Of a DNA stretch of 64,000 nt, positions 61,489 to 64,000 are shown one piece after another. The DNA is from Podarcis erhardii. Lineage: Eukaryota. Below the pieces are notes generated by a model. It saw only the letters and a list, made by a program, of their open reading frames with translations, had not been told where the DNA came from and did no database searches. The stretch is taken from NCBI GenBank assembly GCA_964252035.1, contig OZ176200.1; one strand, written 5' to 3'. How positions within the stretch are numbered: the stretch's first letter is position 1; each line of letters begins with the position of its first letter. A program made the position numbers and the translations under genes.

Positions 61489-61573
61489 AACTTTCTAGCA
61501 CAGCTGAATAGGTGAGAGCAACTTTCTAGCACAGCTGAATAGGTGAGAGCAACTGAATAGGTGAGAGCAACTG
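61489..61573. repeat. 31-bp tandem duplication plus 18-bp partial third copy
   Basis: aactttctagcacagctgaataggtgagagc x2, then aactgaataggtgagagc. Confidence 0.95.
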
Positions 61574-61633
61574 GCCAGCCACACCAGGCTGAATTTATCT
61601 CAATAGCAGCCCCACACTTCTTCATGGGCATAC

Positions 61634-61789
61634 CTGACTCGCTGAGCACATAGGGTTGGCTCATAATGACAACACCGTCCCCTCTCAGGCTGGCAGGAAT
61701 GTTGGGCTGTGAAGCAACCTTGTCTTTCTTGGATCTGGACAAGCTCCAGCGTTCCCAGCGAGAACCGCGCCGCTGGCTTTCACCAGGAC
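61634..61789 (-). CDS. SPEG: SPEG coding exon (GPGESQRR...YVLSES), 156 nt
   Basis: Acceptor ttttcacag, donor CAG|GTATGC, phase 1/1; similar to the recalled SPEG APGESRSR...YVRSES exon. Confidence 0.9.
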
Positions 61790-62598
61790 CTGTGAAAATG
61801 ACAGATATGGGTGGGCTCTTTCTTGCGCAAGCCAAGAGAATCCTGGGAAATTGTTGGGGGGCCTGATTGACGCAGTGCTTGCTTTAAAGACTGTCTCAAG
61901 GCAAATCTTTAAAAATGTAGTATAAACACTGGCAACTGGGAAACACTGGCTTGCGAGCGCTCCAGTTGGAGAACAGCCTTTACCAAAGGTGTCACGGGCT
62001 TTGTAGACACTCAAACTCAGGACGCAAGGGAGAAACATGCTAGGAGGAAGGCACGCTTGGCAAATCCACACCGTGATCAACTCCCACCTGGAAACCAATG
62101 TCCTCACTGTGAAAGGATGTGTGGGTCCAGAATTGGCCTCCACAGTCACTTACAGACTCATTGTTAAAACTGTGTTTATGGAAGACAATCTTACTCGGCT
62201 ATGAGTGATCGCCAAAGAAGAAGAAGCTTCTACTGGATGTGTGGTGTGCTCAGAGCAGGATTAGTCACTCTCAGATCACACATACTCTTCCACCTCAGCT
62301 GTGTTAGCATCCTCTAAAATATCCAACTTATTCTTCTCCCTTTTTTCTCTCTTCCTTGATCCCTAGTTCCTCCAGCATTTTCCTGGAACTTGTACCACAA
62401 CCAAAAAAGTGGCCAACAAGTTGGTGGAACTACAATTTGTAAGCCTCCCTCCCTCCCCCACATTAAAAGTCATACAGCACTTATAAAGGATGCCTTTAAA
62501 CATGCACAGGGGAGCCATGCTCCCTCAATGGAGAAACATCAACCATAACACACACACCCGCTTTCCCAGGTGGGAAATAGTTGTAGACCATTGCTCAC

Positions 62599-64000
62599 CG
62601 CTGCCTGTGGATGTGTCAGACTGGAAGGACTCTGTGGAAGGGACACTTGCAGACTGGGCTGCCAGCTGGTTCTGCGGGATACCCACTTGACGCAGGTTTT
62701 CCCCCTCTGAAGTTGCACGGCGCAGGTGAGAGAGGAAAGGAGCTTTCTTCTCAGGCTGCCTGATACGGTCGCTACCAGCAGCAGCTGCCTGGTCTTCTTC
62801 GCCACGTTGTGAGTGGCTGCGCAGATGCGTGGAGAGGCGCCCCATGGTGGTCCCAATCTTCCTGCGCACAGCCATGACGGGCGACTCACTGGAGCCAGGC
62901 TCCGACTGCTGGCTGCCCGAGTCCTTTTTGTCCTTGGAAGCCAGGCTCCCAGACAGCCTCGCCCCCCCTCCTTCCTCCTCCTTGGCCTTCCTCCTCTCGA
63001 CAGGAGGCGTGCGTCGGAGTCGCATTGACATCCTGCGGATGAAGCCGCCCTCCTTCTCCACTTCATGCAGGTCCTGCACAGAACGAGAGCGCTCGCCCAG
63101 GTGTCGAGAGACCCCAGACTTGGACAGCTCCAATGGGGCACCCACAGGGCCTGGCCGGTAGATGCCCTCTTCCCGCGGCCCGGCCAGCTGCCGCTCCTCA
63201 GACCTGGAGAGCAGCTTGCGGCCCCTGCTGAGGGAGCCTTCCCTGCCTCTCTTGAATTTGGCCTCAAAGACCTCTTCAGAGTCAATGTCCAGGATGTGCT
63301 CAGCACTGGAGGAGCGAACTTGGGGGGAGGGTTCCTTGCTGGGGGTCTGCGCAGCCTTCTTGGCAAAGGCAGCAGTGGGGTGGGACTGTGTTGCAGCTGG
63401 AAAGGTTTGAGGTATACCTTCTGAGGCAGCCACAGAAGGTTCTGCGGCCTCCCTGTGAGGGACCTGGGATGACTCGCCAGCCAGGGTTTGCATGACATCA
63501 GCGTAGGCCGAACGCTTGGGGGCCGAGCTGCCTGGGGTGGGTGAGATGGGTGTGCGAGTTGTTGACTCCCTTGGAGAGCCTATGGCTTTCACAGCTTCTG
63601 GAGCGTCAGGTTTAGACAATCTCGCCAACGCCTTTTCCTCAGGTCCCCTGGCAGTTGGTCTCCTCAAGCTAGCCCTGCCGATGGGCTTTGTTCCCGCCTC
63701 TGCCTCAGGGGTAGGCGGCTTGGAGGGAACCTCGTGTGGCGTGTGGGGCCTGGATTCATTCAGAGCGGAGAGGGACGGCGTCTCTTTCAGCCTCTGGACT
63801 TCGGCCTGGGCTAAGGGGATTTCCAGCGGTGCTCCGGAGCGGCGGTGCAGGGTGACAGGCTCCCCGTCGCCTTGGCTGAAGGAGCTGCTCTTTTGGAGGA
63901 GGCGCCCCTCAGGGGGCATGTGCTGCGGAGCCGTCTCGATGGAGGCTGCGCGCACCATCTTGTGCCCGGGGGACAGCTGCTTCTCCAGCCTGGGAGGCCT
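62599..64000 (-). CDS. SPEG: SPEG large inter-kinase linker exon (runs off the right edge of the window)
   Basis: Open frame from the window edge through MVRAASIETAPQH, LQKSSSFSQG, HRRSGAPLEIP, VFEAKFKR, RSRSVQDL, LRRATSEGENL, matching the recalled SPEG linker; donor GCG|GTGAGC at 62598, phase 1. Confidence 0.95.

Noticed and set aside
62813-63498. Several overlapping ORFs in the large SPEG exon (also 57265-57831)
   Set aside because: Shadow frames of GC-rich coding sequence

Overview
Vertebrate genomic DNA from a squamate reptile, probably a lacertid-type lizard. The taxon is inferred from the repeats (Sauria SINE, BovB, CR1, L1, L2, tRNA-derived SINEs, hairpin MITEs), not proven. Three spliced genes lie on the minus strand. 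(1) The 3' part of SPEG: 12 coding exons, 49061 to beyond 64000, covering the inter-kinase linker, Ig, Fn3 and second kinase. The 3816 nt in view assemble into one frame of 1271 aa plus stop. (2) A complete SPEGNB: 4 coding exons, 34226-40174, 240 aa, IQ motif plus two Ig domains, with a candidate muscle-type promoter. (3) A complete GMPPA: 12 coding exons, 20787-31282, 422 aa, with a CpG-island promoter. All introns I assembled are GT-AG and phase-consistent. No coding exon was recognised left of GMPPA (1-20 kb). That region holds a CpG island (about 6.95-8.85 kb) with a candidate non-coding first exon, which by recalled synteny (SPEG-SPEGNB-GMPPA-ASIC4) may belong to ASIC4. Most interesting leads: SPEGNB resembles a free-standing copy of the obscurin IQ-Ig module; alternately oriented MITEs bracket consecutive GMPPA exons; one SINE body occurs with two different tRNA heads; perfect tandem duplications sit at SPEG splice sites; CTCF motifs point away from each other across the GMPPA promoter. 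Homology statements rest on recalled sequences; no database search was run.
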